From the NCBI RefSeq assembly GCF_009914755.1, contig NC_060937.1: DNA of 64,000 nucleotides; one strand, written 5' to 3'. This DNA comes from the human T2T-CHM13v2.0 reference genome, Homo sapiens. The position numbers and the translations under genes are program-made. The notes below the pieces were generated by a model. The model was given only the letters and a program-made list of their open reading frames with translations, was not told the origin of the DNA and did not search any database. Position 1 is the first letter of the stretch, and each line of letters opens with the position of its first letter. Shown one piece after another: positions 26,991 through 40,996 of the stretch.

Positions 26991-28029
26991 ATTTTTGGGG
27001 AAAAAGATCTATGTTGGGCATAACAGACATTGTAAAAGAGAAAGCAGAATAGAATGGGAAGAAAAAAATTCTATTGAAAAATATTTACCTGATACATTGG
27101 GAAAAATGGACTATTTAAATTGGAGGTATGTATTACATCCAGATTAACACAAAAAATCATTTTCATATATCCCTTGAAAAAATTTCTGTTATATAAACAT
27201 ATATAGAAAATGACTCAATTTCTAGATGTACAGAAAACATTGTTTACAGAGTTCAAATAGCTGATTGAACAAACAGCTCTCAAAATGAACACATTAGATA
27301 CTCTATCATACATTTTTTTCTTAGTGACACACCTTAAAGACATTTTATCTGTTTTTTAAAATTAGGATTTCTTTGAGTTTGAGTCTATTGCATTGACGCC
27401 ATTGTGTAATTTAGAGCTTTTCTTCACTATGATTTCAAGCATATATTTCGTCTTACTTCTGTTTTGAACCACCAGTTCACTAGATATCTTTCTTGCTTTT
27501 TCTTGACCTTTTGTTGGAACAAGTTTCAGTTCCTTCTTGGCAAGAATGGTGCATATTAAAAAAATCGCAAAAAAACTTCAAGTACGTTATATTCAAATAC
27601 TATGAGATACTTTCATGTTGCTACAAGTTGTGTTCAAGAGAGAATATTAAAAATAAACCAAACAGAATCTCCTTAATGACTTACTTTAGAATAGTATTTG
27701 TTATGATAATTTCAGGATGGTAGAAGTAGATAACATCCACCCCCAACCCCACTCTCACTCTCTCTTACCATCTTCCTTACTATTCTAGCTAAGTAGAATT
27801 ACTTGCAGTTGCACCTTAAATAGATGGCAATTTATTAGTACATATGAACGCTTTGTGTTTTCCTTTTCTGTCTTGAAAAACTGTTGTCAATGACTTCATT
27901 TTATTCAATTATTTTTAAAAGGACTGTGTTAGATTACATTAGTATTAAAAAAATAGTAACTCCCTCTCCCTGAACTCTGTAATATGAGTGTGTTTTCTAT
28001 TAGTTAAATTTCACTAGTACATTCATCAT

Positions 28030-29710
28030 ATATGACTTATTTGATATGGGGATTGGAGTAGCTGTGACATTGACAGTGCTTTTAGTGTGCTTGTATGGTT
28101 AGGTATGTCATCTTGCACATCTGCCTTTTCTAAGAGAAAAGTTGTGACTCACTAGCTGTTGCCCTTAAGCCTAGAATCCAGGAGGAACACTTCGGGAGCA
28201 GAGAGTCTTAAGCTAAGTTTATGTAAAAAATGACACCAGAATGGGAGGAGTGCTATTTGGAGGAAAAAAAAAAATAGAATAAATGGCAGTGAATTTTAGA
28301 TCAAGTGCTTATAGTGAGAAAACTGATACAGGAAGTCAGAAAAATAGCAACTTATTTTCTTTACTACCAAAATATTTGATGAAATTTTGCTTGTGATATT
28401 TTGAAAGGCATAAATCATCCCCTATGTGTTTTGAAAGTAGAGTGGACAATTTGAGGCAAAACGTGGAAATCATGAACTGGTTGCTACTAGCTGTATTTCA
28501 TAGTTACTACTAGAAAGAGGTAAGCTGAAAAAAATATTTGCCAGTTTGCAACAGAATTTTGAGCAAATATAATCTAGAAGTTACAGTTTTAGAAAATAAT
28601 ACCGCTTTTCACCAAATACAGTGTGACTATTATTATATATAATAAGGAAGAACACATATTAGGTATATTGCTTGAATATATTTAGTTACTACTTCTGAAA
28701 GAAATTAGTGTCAAATAAACCGATTTAAGCTAGATAAAAGTATTTGAAGAAAATTGTGGTCTCACTGCAAGCTGATCTGCTCAATTTCAAAAGGATTGCA
28801 ATTAAGTCTACAGAGAGAAATATCCTAAAAATAATTGGGGATGTGACTGTTGGCACATGGAATTGACTGGAATCTAAGACTTATAAAACCAAAACATTTA
28901 TAAAAACGATGTTTTAGACATACTGCTAGTCAGATCACAAAAGACAAAACTGTGCAGGTTATAAAATGTCTTTTGGCCTTAAATTTTCAAAGACAGGCAT
29001 CAGGTTGAGAGGACATCTCAAAAACCCCAAAAAGAGAATTCTTTAATTCTTTTTAATTCTTAAATTCTTAACCAATTATTCAGAATTGGCCGAGGAGCAT
29101 GATGCCAAAAGAAGACACTTCCTGAGGGCAGAGCCAAGAGCTCTGATAATAGAAAGCTTGCCTAATAAAGAAATATTCTTCCCCTCCCAGAGTAGGGACA
29201 TCTAGTAACATTTATCCAGAATTGTTATGGTCCTGTGACTTCTATATGTCTTGGGAGGCTAACAGTTCCATGTTCCATATTTCAATGTGGAGCATGAGTA
29301 ATGATTATCTTAGATAACTTAGACAATCTAAGTTATCTAAGTTCTTAGATTTTGTATGTTTTGCATGTCAGAAGAAATATACAAAACCACAGTAGTTGGA
29401 ATATAATTTAAAAATATTTACTCCTTCTACCTGATTTCCATGGTAGGAACATACTTCCTAAACTGTCTTTGAGCTCAGTCAAGTAACTGCTTTAATGAAT
29501 GAAAACTTTAATCAATGTTAAACAATTTGGGGCTAAAATCCTTTTTTGTATCTCATGCTCTTTTGTGTTTTTGTAATCATCATGAAAAGAAATTATCTTG
29601 TATATGTGCTTAACTATCAGTTCAAGCCCTTCCATGAGCACGTGTGGCGTAACCATTTTAGCTGACCTATGGATCTGAACCAGAATGACTGAGTCGATTC
29701 TAAAATAAAT
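28030..29710 (+). mobile_element. Old MaLR provirus remnant (MLT1G/H-type LTR - internal - LTR)
   Basis: LTR-like 28030-28220 (gcccttaagcctagaatccaggaggaacac); MLT1-int-like 28230-29390 (tggttgctactagctgtattt...agaaagaggtaagctg...gccagtttgcaacagaa); second LTR-like segment from ~29390. Confidence 0.6.
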
Positions 29711-29979
29711 GACATGAATAGTGATTTTTATAATTTTAATAAGTATCTTCATTTATAGAAAAATTCACTTTGAAATGTCTTCCATGTAGTGAAATATCTT
29801 TGAAAATAATTATGTGGTAAAATTGACATAATTGAGCTTATTTTTCTATTGTTTTTCATGAAACTGTTCTTTAGAATTCAATAACCTATCATTATTGTTT
29901 CCATTAACATGTTTAATAATTTAGATTTATTTTAAAAATTCTTAAAAACAACTTATTCTTTTAAAAGTTCAAAATAATC

Positions 29980-31190
29980 ATTATTGTAATCAAGGATAGA
30001 CACATTGATCAGTGTAAGAAAATAGAATCTACAAATGGACCCATACAAATATAGCCAATAGATTCTTGACAAAAGTGTAAATGCAATTCAATGGTGAATG
30101 GATATTCTTTTCAGCAAATGGTGCTGGAAACATTTGATATCCATGTGCAGAAAGCTGAAGCTCCACCCATACCTCACACTGTATACAAACATTAACTCAA
30201 GATGAATCACATAACTTAATTTAAAATGTAAAATTAATAAAACATAAAAGAAATGTGCGAAAACCCCTGCAACCTTGAGTTAGGCAAAATTATTAGCTAC
30301 AATAGCAAAAAAGAACTTCTAAAAGAAAAAAAGCCATAAAAATGAATTATTAAAATTTAGGAAATTTTACTCTTCAAAAATCACTTTTAAGAGAATCACA
30401 ATATAAGACACAGAATCAGAGACAATATTTATAGTTGACATATCAGAGAAATGACTTGCTTCCAAAACATATTTTTAAAAATATCAAAACTCAACAACAA
30501 ACATTTCAATAAAAATCAGGCAAATATTGGGAGGCTGAGGTGGGTGGATCATGAGGTCAAGAGATCGAGACCATCCTGGCCAACATGGTGAAACCCCATC
30601 TCTACTAAAAATATAAAAATTAGCTGGGCATGGTGGCACACGCCTGTAGTCTCCGCTACTCAAGAGGCTGAGGTAGGAGAGTCGCTTGAACAAGGGAGGC
30701 AGAGGTTGTAGTGATCTGAGATCGTGCTACTGCACTCCAGCCTGGCAGAAGGGTGAGACTCCGTCTCAAAAAAAAAAAAAAAAGACAAAAAAAAATCAGG
30801 CAAATGATTTGAGCTGACACCTCATCCAAGAAGGTATAAGAGGTGAGTCAAGTCAGTGAGAATAAAATAATCATAAATCAATGAAATGCAAATTAAAATC
30901 ACAATTTGATTTCATTATACATCATTAGCTGGGGGAGAAAAGATAAATACCACGAGCTGGTTAGAATGCAGAGAAACTAGAATAATTTTACATAGCTTGT
31001 GGGAAGTCAAATTGGTATAGCCACTTTGGAAAATAGTTTGGCAGTATTACCTAAATTTAACCATACATTTATCATGTCACCACCAATATTATTGCTCATT
31101 GCTCACTTATTAATCAAACACATTTATGTAAACACCTATATCAAATGTTTATGTAGCTTGATTTGTAATTGTACAAAACATGGAAACTGC
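29980..31190 (+). mobile_element. Old L1 (L1MC/MD/ME) late ORF2 fragment, split by an Alu
   Basis: aaggatagacacattgatcagtg, ttttcagcaaatggtgctgga, gaaatgcaaattaaaatcaca and gccactttggaaaatagtttggcag are L1 ORF2 3' landmarks. Confidence 0.85.
30527..30790 (+). mobile_element. AluSc, slightly 5'-truncated
   Basis: Diagnostic gaggtcaagagatcgagaccatcctggcc; perfect 15-bp TSD aaaaatcaggcaaat (30511-30525 and 30791-30805). Confidence 0.97.
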
Positions 31191-31644
31191 ATATTTTCAG
31201 TTCACACAACTACTTTTGTGGGTTTTTTTAAATAAAAAATAATTATTATTCCTAGTTATAATTCATACAGCTACTTTAAAATATTTTCATTTCTAGAAAT
31301 GTGCCTCTATTGATAAATATATTGGGGATTTAACACAGTGCATTTACATCATGCTTCCATTTAAAATCTTCAGTGAATGGAAATACGCACAAGAGGAAGA
31401 GAAGTAAAATCTATACTGGAACAGGAAACTTGAACAGGAGTCTGTGAATTATTCAAAATCCAAAAGTGCATCTACGGCTCTCTAAAAAAAGAAATGTATG
31501 ATTTTATTTCCCTCCTTTATGTGTTCTCATCCTTTTTGAATGTTCTCAGAACATTGTAAATGTTTTGAATCAATTCAGTCATGATTTTTTTCTAACATAT
31601 ATATTACATGCATTTGTCAGTAGATTTTAAAATATTATTAGGAT

Positions 31645-31725
31645 AGATAAGGTTGTTCTGATTATTACATTATCTTCACATTTAATACAGTTCTGGCACA
31701 GAGTAAGCACAATAACAATTTGCAT
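31645..31725 (+). mobile_element. MIR 3' fragment
   Basis: catttaatacagttctggcacagagtaagcacaataa matches the MIR tail. Confidence 0.55.
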
Positions 31726-32831
31726 TTTGGTAATTTATTTTTAGGTACCACTTGTAATGATCTATTTTTTTATCTCCATTCTTTTCTCCTGTGAACGTTC
31801 ATCTTTGTAGACACTCAAAGTACATATCGTGCATAAAACGTTTTATAAGTGTTTTTAAATATCTCGGTTAGGACGTAACTTACCTTGATGAATGAAAACT
31901 TAAGTAGATGCTAAATAATCAAGGGTTTATTTATTGACTTATTTATTTTTGCATGGCATGTTGTCTTGTGTTTCAGTGGTCATGATAAAATTTTCTTGAA
32001 TATATGCTTAATTATCAGTTCAAGCCCAAAGGAACACATGTGGCAGACCCATTTCAGCTAAACTGTAGCTAATACCATAGCTATAATTCTCCTTATACAC
32101 CAACTAATATAGCAAGTTATGCTCTTCACAGTCTCCTAAAAAGTTTAAAAAATTAATTCATTCAAGGTATTTTATGAGCAAAATCTTTTCTTGATATAAA
32201 CAGTTCTTTCTAGTAAAAATGATGAAAATTCCATGTACAGAGTATACATTTTTAAAATATTTAAACATTGATACATACTTGATCACTATAGAAAAAAATC
32301 TAGTTATATCCTAACATGGTCTACCTTTTTAAAATTTTATAATAAAATTCTAATATTGATAACTCCTCTGGTTCTGAATTAACACATTATTAAGTGATGT
32401 TGATGAAAGTAATTTCTTCTTGCATACATGTTGTAAGTTGAAAATATATACGTTGAATTTTATAATCACATGTCCAATAATTCCTCATCAAAAATTCTTA
32501 AATACACAAAAATATATAAAGTGAAACTTTTTCACTACAAATTTGGTAAGAAAAAAACAACCTGACCCAAACAGGTTTGTCATCAAAATCTGAGCTGAAT
32601 TAATATGAGGGTTCTTTTAGTATTTAATTTTCTCTCTCTTACTGTGAATATTTATTTGTTTTATGCCTATATGCATATATTATATATATTTAATTTCAGC
32701 ATACTTTTCTAGACTTTGCTATCAATGGTATATTATAGTACAAAATGCTACATATTGTCCTCTTTTTAATCTATAAATGTCAGGAAGATATCTAGCCTCA
32801 ATAGTTTTGGATAAGAAAATGTAAATAGACT

Positions 32832-33173
<342 letters not shown>

Positions 33174-33285
33174 CTACTACTACTTCAAAATTACATTTTT
33201 GTGGACTCATTGTATACTAAGACAGCGATGGCTCCTTGTTGCAAATAACACCAAATTCAAGGTATTTGTAACAAATGTGTCATTT

Positions 33286-33978
33286 CTTTTTTTCAACTTT
33301 TAAGTTCAGGAATACATGTCCGGGTTTGTTACATAGGTAAATTTGTGTCATGGGGGTTTGTTGTACAGATTATTTCATCATCCAGGTGTTAAGCCTAGTA
33401 CACATTAATTATTTTTTCTGACCCTCTCCCTCCTCCTGTCCTCTATCCTCTGTTAGGCCTCAATGTCTACTGTTCCCTCTATGTGTCCATGTGTTCTCAT
33501 TATTTAGCTCCCACCTTAAGTGACAACATATGATATTTAATTTCTGTTCTCGAATGATAATGGCCTCCACCTCCGTCCATGGTCTCGTCAAGGACATGAT
33601 CTCGTTCTATTTTATGGCTGTGTAGTATTCCATAGTGTTTATGCACTACATTTTCTTTAGCTTTTCTATTATTAATGGGCATTTGGGTTGATTCCATGTG
33701 TTTGCTATTGTGAACAGTGCTGCAATGAACATATATGTGCATGTGTCTTCATGATAGAATGATTTAAATTCTTTGGGGTATACAGCCAGTAATAGTATTG
33801 CTGGGTCAAATGGTAGTTCTGTTTTTACATCTCTGAGGAATGTCCACAGTTTTTCCCAAGATGGTTGAACAAATTTACACTCTCATCAACAATGTATGAG
33901 CATTTCTTTTTCTCTGCTACCTTGCCAGCACATTATTTTTTCACTTTTTAATAATAGCCATTCTTAGTAGTGTCAGAT
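33286..33978 (-). mobile_element. L1PA13-like 3' fragment
   Basis: gggggtttgttgtacagattatttcatcatccaggtgttaagcctagtac matches the antisense L1PA13-type 3'UTR; 5'-truncated. Confidence 0.9.
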
Positions 33979-34367
33979 AAGTAATTTCTTAAATGATTTT
34001 AGGTAGTTCACTGAATCTCTGAGACAGACTGTGACTAAGCCTTAGATGCCTAGTAGCAAAGAATAATATCTAAATATAATTTTCTATAGGACTATCAACC
34101 TGTTAATATAAACACCACAGCTTGCATAATTATCATTTGTTACTGGATGGCATCACTAACATTTCAGAGAGAGTACTGGACAGCCAATACTCTCTCTGAA
34201 GACAAGAGGTCTCTGGTACCGCCCTTCTTAGAAAGGATTCTGTGCAAATTCTTCTTTCTTATATTACTAGCTGTTAAAAAGAAGTTTCATGATTGTGCTT
34301 TCATAATTGTGTTTTATTGTTAGAACAGATGCCATTTGCCTTTTGTCTATATTCAAAGGTGGATGGG

Positions 34368-34708
34368 TGTCTTAGTTGTTTGGGCTTCTATAGCAAACTA
34401 CTATAGACCGAGTGACTTATAAACAACAGAAAATTACTTCTCACAGTTCTGGAGTCTGAGAAGTGCAAAATCAAGGTATGGGCAGATTGGATGTCTGATT
34501 ACGTCCGTGACCCAATTCATATTCTCACTATAGTCTCACATAGCAAGAGTGATGAAAAAGCTTTGCTTTTTTTTTTAATATATACAATTACTAATCCTAC
34601 CAATGATGGCTTTGTCCTGATTACCTAATTGCCTCCCAAAACCTTAATGGTAGTATTTCAGCTTATATATTTTGGGGGATGAGAGGCACAAACATTCTGA
34701 CAATAGCA
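34368..34708 (-). mobile_element. MLT1A/MSTD-type solo LTR
   Basis: tgtcttag...aatagca termini with a perfect 5-bp TSD ATGGG (34363-34367 and 34709-34713). Confidence 0.88.
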
Positions 34709-35415
34709 ATGGGGAACGGATGTCCTTGATTCTACTGTGGAAAGTCTCGGGCTTAGGGCATAAGGAATTTCTCCAACATGTGAACATGTTAGCAATTGCT
34801 AGGCAGCTACGAAGACAGACCATTCTTTTCAAATAAAGTGTGCTCACTGTGTAACATCAATACACATTTTAGATCATAATTATAAACAATATTGAATCAT
34901 AATTATACTTATAGCAAGTGCCTTCTATACCATAATGAAATAATAATCTGTATATATAAAAACACCCTAATTTTCTATTTAAAATTTGAGAGGAAGTATT
35001 TTAAAACATTAGCAGTTGCTATGTGTAGATCTAAATCCACCCTCTCTGGATCATATCCATTCTTCTTTTGATTTTTTTTCTTGGTATTCTCACAATCTTT
35101 ATTTAACTCACAGCTTAAATTTTAAAGTTAACTACCACAAAAAGGATATAAATTGGTATAGAAAAAACTTTAAATACTTACGCCATTCATATATATTTAT
35201 AATTATATACTAAAGTATTTCTTTAACTATATCAAGAAAAACTATTCAAGTAGGTGAGTAGATACTTGAATACTAGTGTCTCCAAATGGTCTCAAGACAT
35301 AGTTGGCATTTATGATAACTCAGTATTCACTTACTCTAAGCCAATACTGATGGGTTTTCTACTTCCTGGTGCAGCCCAAAACTTTATTCCTGAAAGACAA
35401 AAACCCTGTAGTTGA

Positions 35416-35742
<327 letters not shown>

Positions 35743-36861
35743 AATGTCAGCATTCTTAAACATAATATGTTTCTTTGTTGGATTTCTTGAGTTTCAGTGT
35801 AAAATCTCTACTTACATAACTTATTTTTGCCTTTAAAAAATTATCCTGAATGAATCACTTTCATTTTTTAACAATTGTTAGGTCAAATGATATGGAAAAG
35901 TGAATCAGATAATTATGGGCATCTCAGTGTTACATTGTCATTTGGTGTCCTATGGTTAGACATTTTGTCTCTATCTGGACCTATATACTAAAGAATGTTT
36001 GTCAAAAGTAGAATGTTTTCTGCTATGTCTTTGCTATCAAAACATGGTAGCCTTCCTTCTTATTATCCTAGCTAGGCTTCTCAAAGGGCACTTGAAACCT
36101 CCTGATCTGCCACACATGCTTTCCCCACCACGAGATCTATTGCTTTTTAAAGTGAAGTGGCAGAGCTGCCTATTTCCAATTCGAGACCATACAACAAATC
36201 TTTTCATCAAAAGTAAAAATGGAAGCTTGTTAGTAACTCGGCATGCAATACATCTAAATGGGACTTACTTTTTTCTAAAATCAACTAGGTAGCAGTAGTG
36301 TACAGGTATTACTGGAAATAGAACATGGCAGCACAGAGGCAATAATATTTAAACATTACAAATCTTTTTACTTTTATCTTGATCATACTATTTTGTGCTA
36401 ACATTAAAATACAGATTAAACCATACTAATCCTTAAACAACGCAAGTGTTTATATTGTTCAAAATACAGATGCACTAACTGGGAAAAAAGAGTGGCTTTA
36501 TTTGCATTGTCCTTTCTTTCTGAACTGAAGGAGATTCTATATAGAACAACTTATTTTTACTTTTCGCAGGGATATCTCAATATATCCAGATCACTGGGTC
36601 TCCAAAAATATTCACTGAGTAAAATACCTATTTATTTTTATGGCATCTCAGAGAATTTCATAGAATGAAATTTTGCTTTTTGCATTCCTTACCAGCATAA
36701 GATCACTGTTTGGAAAAGTGTGATGTCCTCTGGGACAGTTCAATAATCAATATCCCTGCAAATTAAAATTTATTCTAAAGTTAGAAGCACAAAGAAGAAT
36801 GCAGACCATAGATTGTTCTGCTATGTAGAATAAACTATTTATGAGTATTTTGGGAAGGAGA

Positions 36862-36922
36862 AAGAAGAACAGAAAGAGAGAGAGACAGAGAAAGAGAAAG
36901 AGACAGAGAGAGAAAGAGAGAG
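36862..36922. repeat. GA-rich simple repeat
   Basis: Imperfect (GA)n/(GAAA)n run. Confidence 0.85.
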
Positions 36923-37134
36923 GAGCTTCTAAATTATTATTTGTTAAACAAATGCCAATAATTTGATTTGTGTTTGATTTTCTCAGGCAAGGGTACAATA
37001 TGAATTAACGGCTGAAATTGAAGTCATTTCCTGCTTAAACCTAACATAATTTACTTTCATATTTAATATCACTATTGTTATATACATGTTAAAATACATT
37101 ATATATTATATTAATAATAATAACAACATATGTT

Positions 37135-37480
37135 TATAACAACTCTATTATTTCTCATAAGTCTCAGTTTCATTCATTGTGTTTGCTGACCTGGGCCAGA
37201 CTTGACTGCTCTTTGCTAACATGATTCACACATTTGTGATGAGAGGGCAGGTTAGTATAGAATATCCTCATATGGGATAACTCAGCTCTCCACCAGCTCT
37301 GCTCCATACTAGCTCTGCTCCACACATTTTATTCTCTAGCTTGCTACCAGGGGCATATTTTGATGGTTAGATAGAAGGACAAAATGAGCTGAAGAGCAAG
37401 CCCTACTGTGCAATTGTTTTTCCAGACTCAGCTTGTGTCATATTTGCTAACATCTTGTTTGCCAAAGCAAGTCATTTCTG
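37135..37480 (-). mobile_element. MLT1H-type LTR fragment
   Basis: tgctgacctgggccagacttgactg and gcttgtgtcatatttgctaacatcttgtttgccaaagcaagtca match antisense MLT1G/H. Confidence 0.7.
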
Positions 37481-38519
37481 TGTAACAGAGCACCCATCCT
37501 CAATGAGACCATTGGTTTTAACAATGCATGGCGTGCTGTTGAAAGTTTTTGCAAAGCTGAAAATAGCTAGAGGTAGTCACTTTTATTCTTTTCTTTTCCC
37601 AATCTCTTCTCTTTCTCTCTCTCGTTTTTTCTTTTTTTTTTTTCTTTAATCTTCAAACTTAAATTCCTAACTCTACTTCTAAGCCCAGTCACAAATGTTT
37701 GTTTTCCCACATTGGTTACTTTAAAATACAACTCTAACTTTCAGCAACAACCAAAGGCACTCTGTACCTAAAGCTTTGTGTTTGTTTGTTTGGGCTTCTT
37801 AATCATATTTTAATTCTTTATTTTACTTTTTGTTGTGTTGTTGTTGTTGAAATGTTTACTTGATGGTTTGGCTTTTAATTAAACCTCCTGATTAGCTCAT
37901 CAAGCTGATTAGGGATAATCTTTCCAATACTCTCACATGTAAACACAGAATAATAGTTCTCTTTTCCAATTTGTTTCTTATTTACTGAAGTCTTATTTCT
38001 TAAGGCAAGCTCCATTTTCTTATTTGTTATTATGTGATTACATTAGTTGACTCTTTAAACAGGAATTACATTTCAATTTATTTCACTTTTGGTAAAGCTG
38101 CCTAACAAGGTGGCTCTCAGACAACAACTGTTTCTAGATTAGTAAATTCCTTTTTATTTTTGCTTAGTGCATCCCTTTTGGACAGTTTTCTCAGGGAAAA
38201 CATAATAATACAAATTAAAAAAAGGTAAATCACAAATGTGTTACTCTTTTCTGACAATATTTTCAAGTTTTACATTTATATCTGTGGAATAAGTTATACT
38301 AACTCAGTTTTAAGAAGGAAAAAATACCAATGCCCTTAGAATCAGAATCATCTTATTGTAATAAGCATGTCACATAATCTCTGACTGATTACCTGGAACT
38401 GGAACTGCCTTGTCATACTTACCATGGCAATGCCTGCTATATAGCCATGGAAAGCAAATATACCTTTCTTAATGGCACATGGCCAGAATAGGTTGGCCAG
38501 CCTCCCCTGCTTTTAGGAG

Positions 38520-38697
38520 CAGAACCAGCCACATGAGTTGCAGGGCCCAGTGCAAAATGAAAGCATGAGGCCCCTTGATCAAAAACAATATAAAACTTAA
38601 AATATCAAGGGCATAGAATTGAAACAAGCATGGGGCCCTTTTATGGATGGATCCCTGTGCAACGGCATAGGGCATATGATCATGAAACCCGTCCTTA
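38520..38697 (-). mobile_element. MER45A (hAT-Tip100 MITE)
   Basis: ttgcagggcccagtgcaaaatgaaagcatgaggccccttgatcaaaa matches reverse MER45A; length about 180 bp. Confidence 0.8.
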
Positions 38698-38869
38698 TTA
38701 AGTATGGCCATTTGTGACTCAGTTCTTGCTAAAGGAATATAATCCAACATGGTGTGTGCATTGTTTGGTTCTGGACTTCAAAACCTGGGCACTTTTCTTT
38801 CATGTTTCTCTATAACCTGACATTACAGTTTGATAGTCTGTTTTTGAAGATTTTTTTTCCATCTTTGCA

Positions 38870-39175
38870 CCATCTTGTCCATGAAATTCTTTTTGTACAC
38901 TATGTCATCCCTCCTTTCTTATGCTGAACTTCTATTCAGACTTCAAGGCCTTTAAAAAATTTCATACCCTTTGCAAAGCTTTCCTCAGTTCATCAAGCAG
39001 TCTCTCACTGTTCTTTCTCCACACCATAACATACACACCTCTAGTTGTAATACTGTTCACTTGAACTTAGAGTTATGTTTGTCTTCTGAACTATGATCTA
39101 TCAGTAGGCTGAGTGGTGTTCTTATTAACCTTTGTGTCTCCAGAACCTACTATGTAAGTATTAAATGTTTAACAA
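38870..39175 (+). mobile_element. L2 3' fragment
   Basis: cttctattcagacttcaaggcc and cttattaacctttgtgtctccagaaccta...taaatgttt match the L2 tail. Confidence 0.65.
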
Positions 39176-39744
39176 CTGTATGCTTTATTATTAAAGGTCT
39201 ATATTAATAGGTAGCAAGTATGTACTTGTTTGATACTTCTTCCAATATCACAAATACTTTGAATGTAAGGAGTTAGAAATGAGTCCCCTTTCCTCTTTGC
39301 CAAAATGTCCATTTCTTGATCTCCAGGATAATTTGCAGAATTTTAATCCTCTAAATAACTATAATTTATAGTGCTTTATTAAATAGAATGCTGAGAAGAC
39401 AAATACATTTTGTAAGCTAAGGTTAAAGAGAAAAAAATAACACATTAAGTGCCATTCAAGTTCAATAAATCCTGGTACAAACTAAATATAAAAAAGAATT
39501 GTAATAGAGGAGGTTCACTTAATTCACTGACATTTTATTTACACTAACGATGAGCATGAATGATTATAAAATGTTGACTGTGTGAATTCAGTATGTGAGA
39601 GTATTCAATTATCCTCTGTGTAATATACCATTCTTCAGGTATTCAGTTTGTGTCAGGAATATTTTTAAATACATGAATAAAAATAACTGATAAAAACATA
39701 TTTATGTTGGAAAATAACTTAAATTTAATATTCATTGGTCTTTT

Positions 39745-40405
39745 TAAAATTTTACTTTAAGTTCTTGGATACATGTGCAGAACATGCAGGTTTGTTACAT
39801 AGGTATACTTGTGCCATGGTGTTTTGCTGCACCTATCAACCCATCATCTAGGTTTTGAAATCCGCTTGCATTAGGTATTTGTCCTAATGCTCTCCCTCCC
39901 CTTGCCCCCCAATCCCTGACAAGCCCAGTGTGATGTTCCCCTCCCTGTGTCCATGTGTTCTCATTGTTAAACTCCCATTTATGAGTGAGAACATGTGGTG
40001 TTTGGTTTTCTCTTCCTGTGTTAGTTTGCTAAGAATGATGGTTTCCAGATTCATCCATGTCCCTGCAAAGGACGTGAACTCATTTTTTTTATGGCTGCAT
40101 AGTATTCCATGGTGTATATGTATCCAGTTTATCACTGATGGGCATTTGGGTTGGTTCCAAGTCTTTGCTATTGTAAATAGTGCTGCAATAAACATGCATG
40201 TGTCTTTATATTAGAATGATTTATAATCCTTTGGATATATACCCAGTAATGGGATTGCTGCTGGGGCCAATGGTATTTTTGGTTCTAGATCCTTGAGGAA
40301 TCGCCACACTGTCTTCCACAATGGTTGAACTAATTTACACTCCTACCAATGTGTAAAAGCATTCCTATTTCTCCACATTCTTGCCAGCATCTGTTGTTTC
40401 CAGAC
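39745..40405 (-). mobile_element. L1PA8-like 3' fragment
   Basis: Antisense ORF MFIAALFTIAKTWNQPKCPS (ORF2 C-terminus) plus 3'UTR; TSD tcattggtctttt (39732-39744) / tcattggactttt (40406-40418). Confidence 0.94.
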
Positions 40406-40996
40406 TCATTGGACTTTTATATTTTATCTGGTACAGTGAAAATGTACAATCTGTTGTGTCTGTTTTGTATTCTCCACAGTTCACAACATAATAACATTCA
40501 CGTTGTGAGATAATGTGAAGCAATGGAAAAAACGACTGAAGGGCTATAGACAGTGTGTTTATTTCCTTTCTGCCAGTTTGCAGTTGGCCTGTCACTTAAA
40601 CTTCAGCTCTCGGACCTATAACATAAGGAGGTTGCATCACACAATTTCTAAGACTGGAGTTTTAAACCCATGTACCATCAAAACAAGAATACGTTTCTGG
40701 CTATATGAATAGACTAGCCCATTTTTTTCCCCCTGGGCAAGTCATATCATGAATCTCATAATATCTTTAATGAGAAAGTTCAGCTATACCAAAACAATAA
40801 TCTGTGTTATTTTCACATTCTTTAGAGATCTTAAACATTTTATGGATTTCCTTAGTAGTTCATTATCAAAGTGATTTTAGTTTTTTCTTATATGTAATTG
40901 AGAGACAAAATTTCTTCCTTTGGATATAAATCTACATACAAATTAAAATTTTAGGATCAAAGTATTAACATCCATGAAAAACATACATATCCAAAT

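Noticed and set aside
35999-36292. 97-aa ORF in non-repetitive sequence
   Set aside because: Non-ATG start, no recognisable domain and no flanking splice pair; consistent with chance.
36550-36620. Acceptor-like tttttacttttcgcag|G at ~36568
   Set aside because: Only a weak donor follows and the peptide is unrecognisable; isolated acceptor motifs are common in T-rich DNA.
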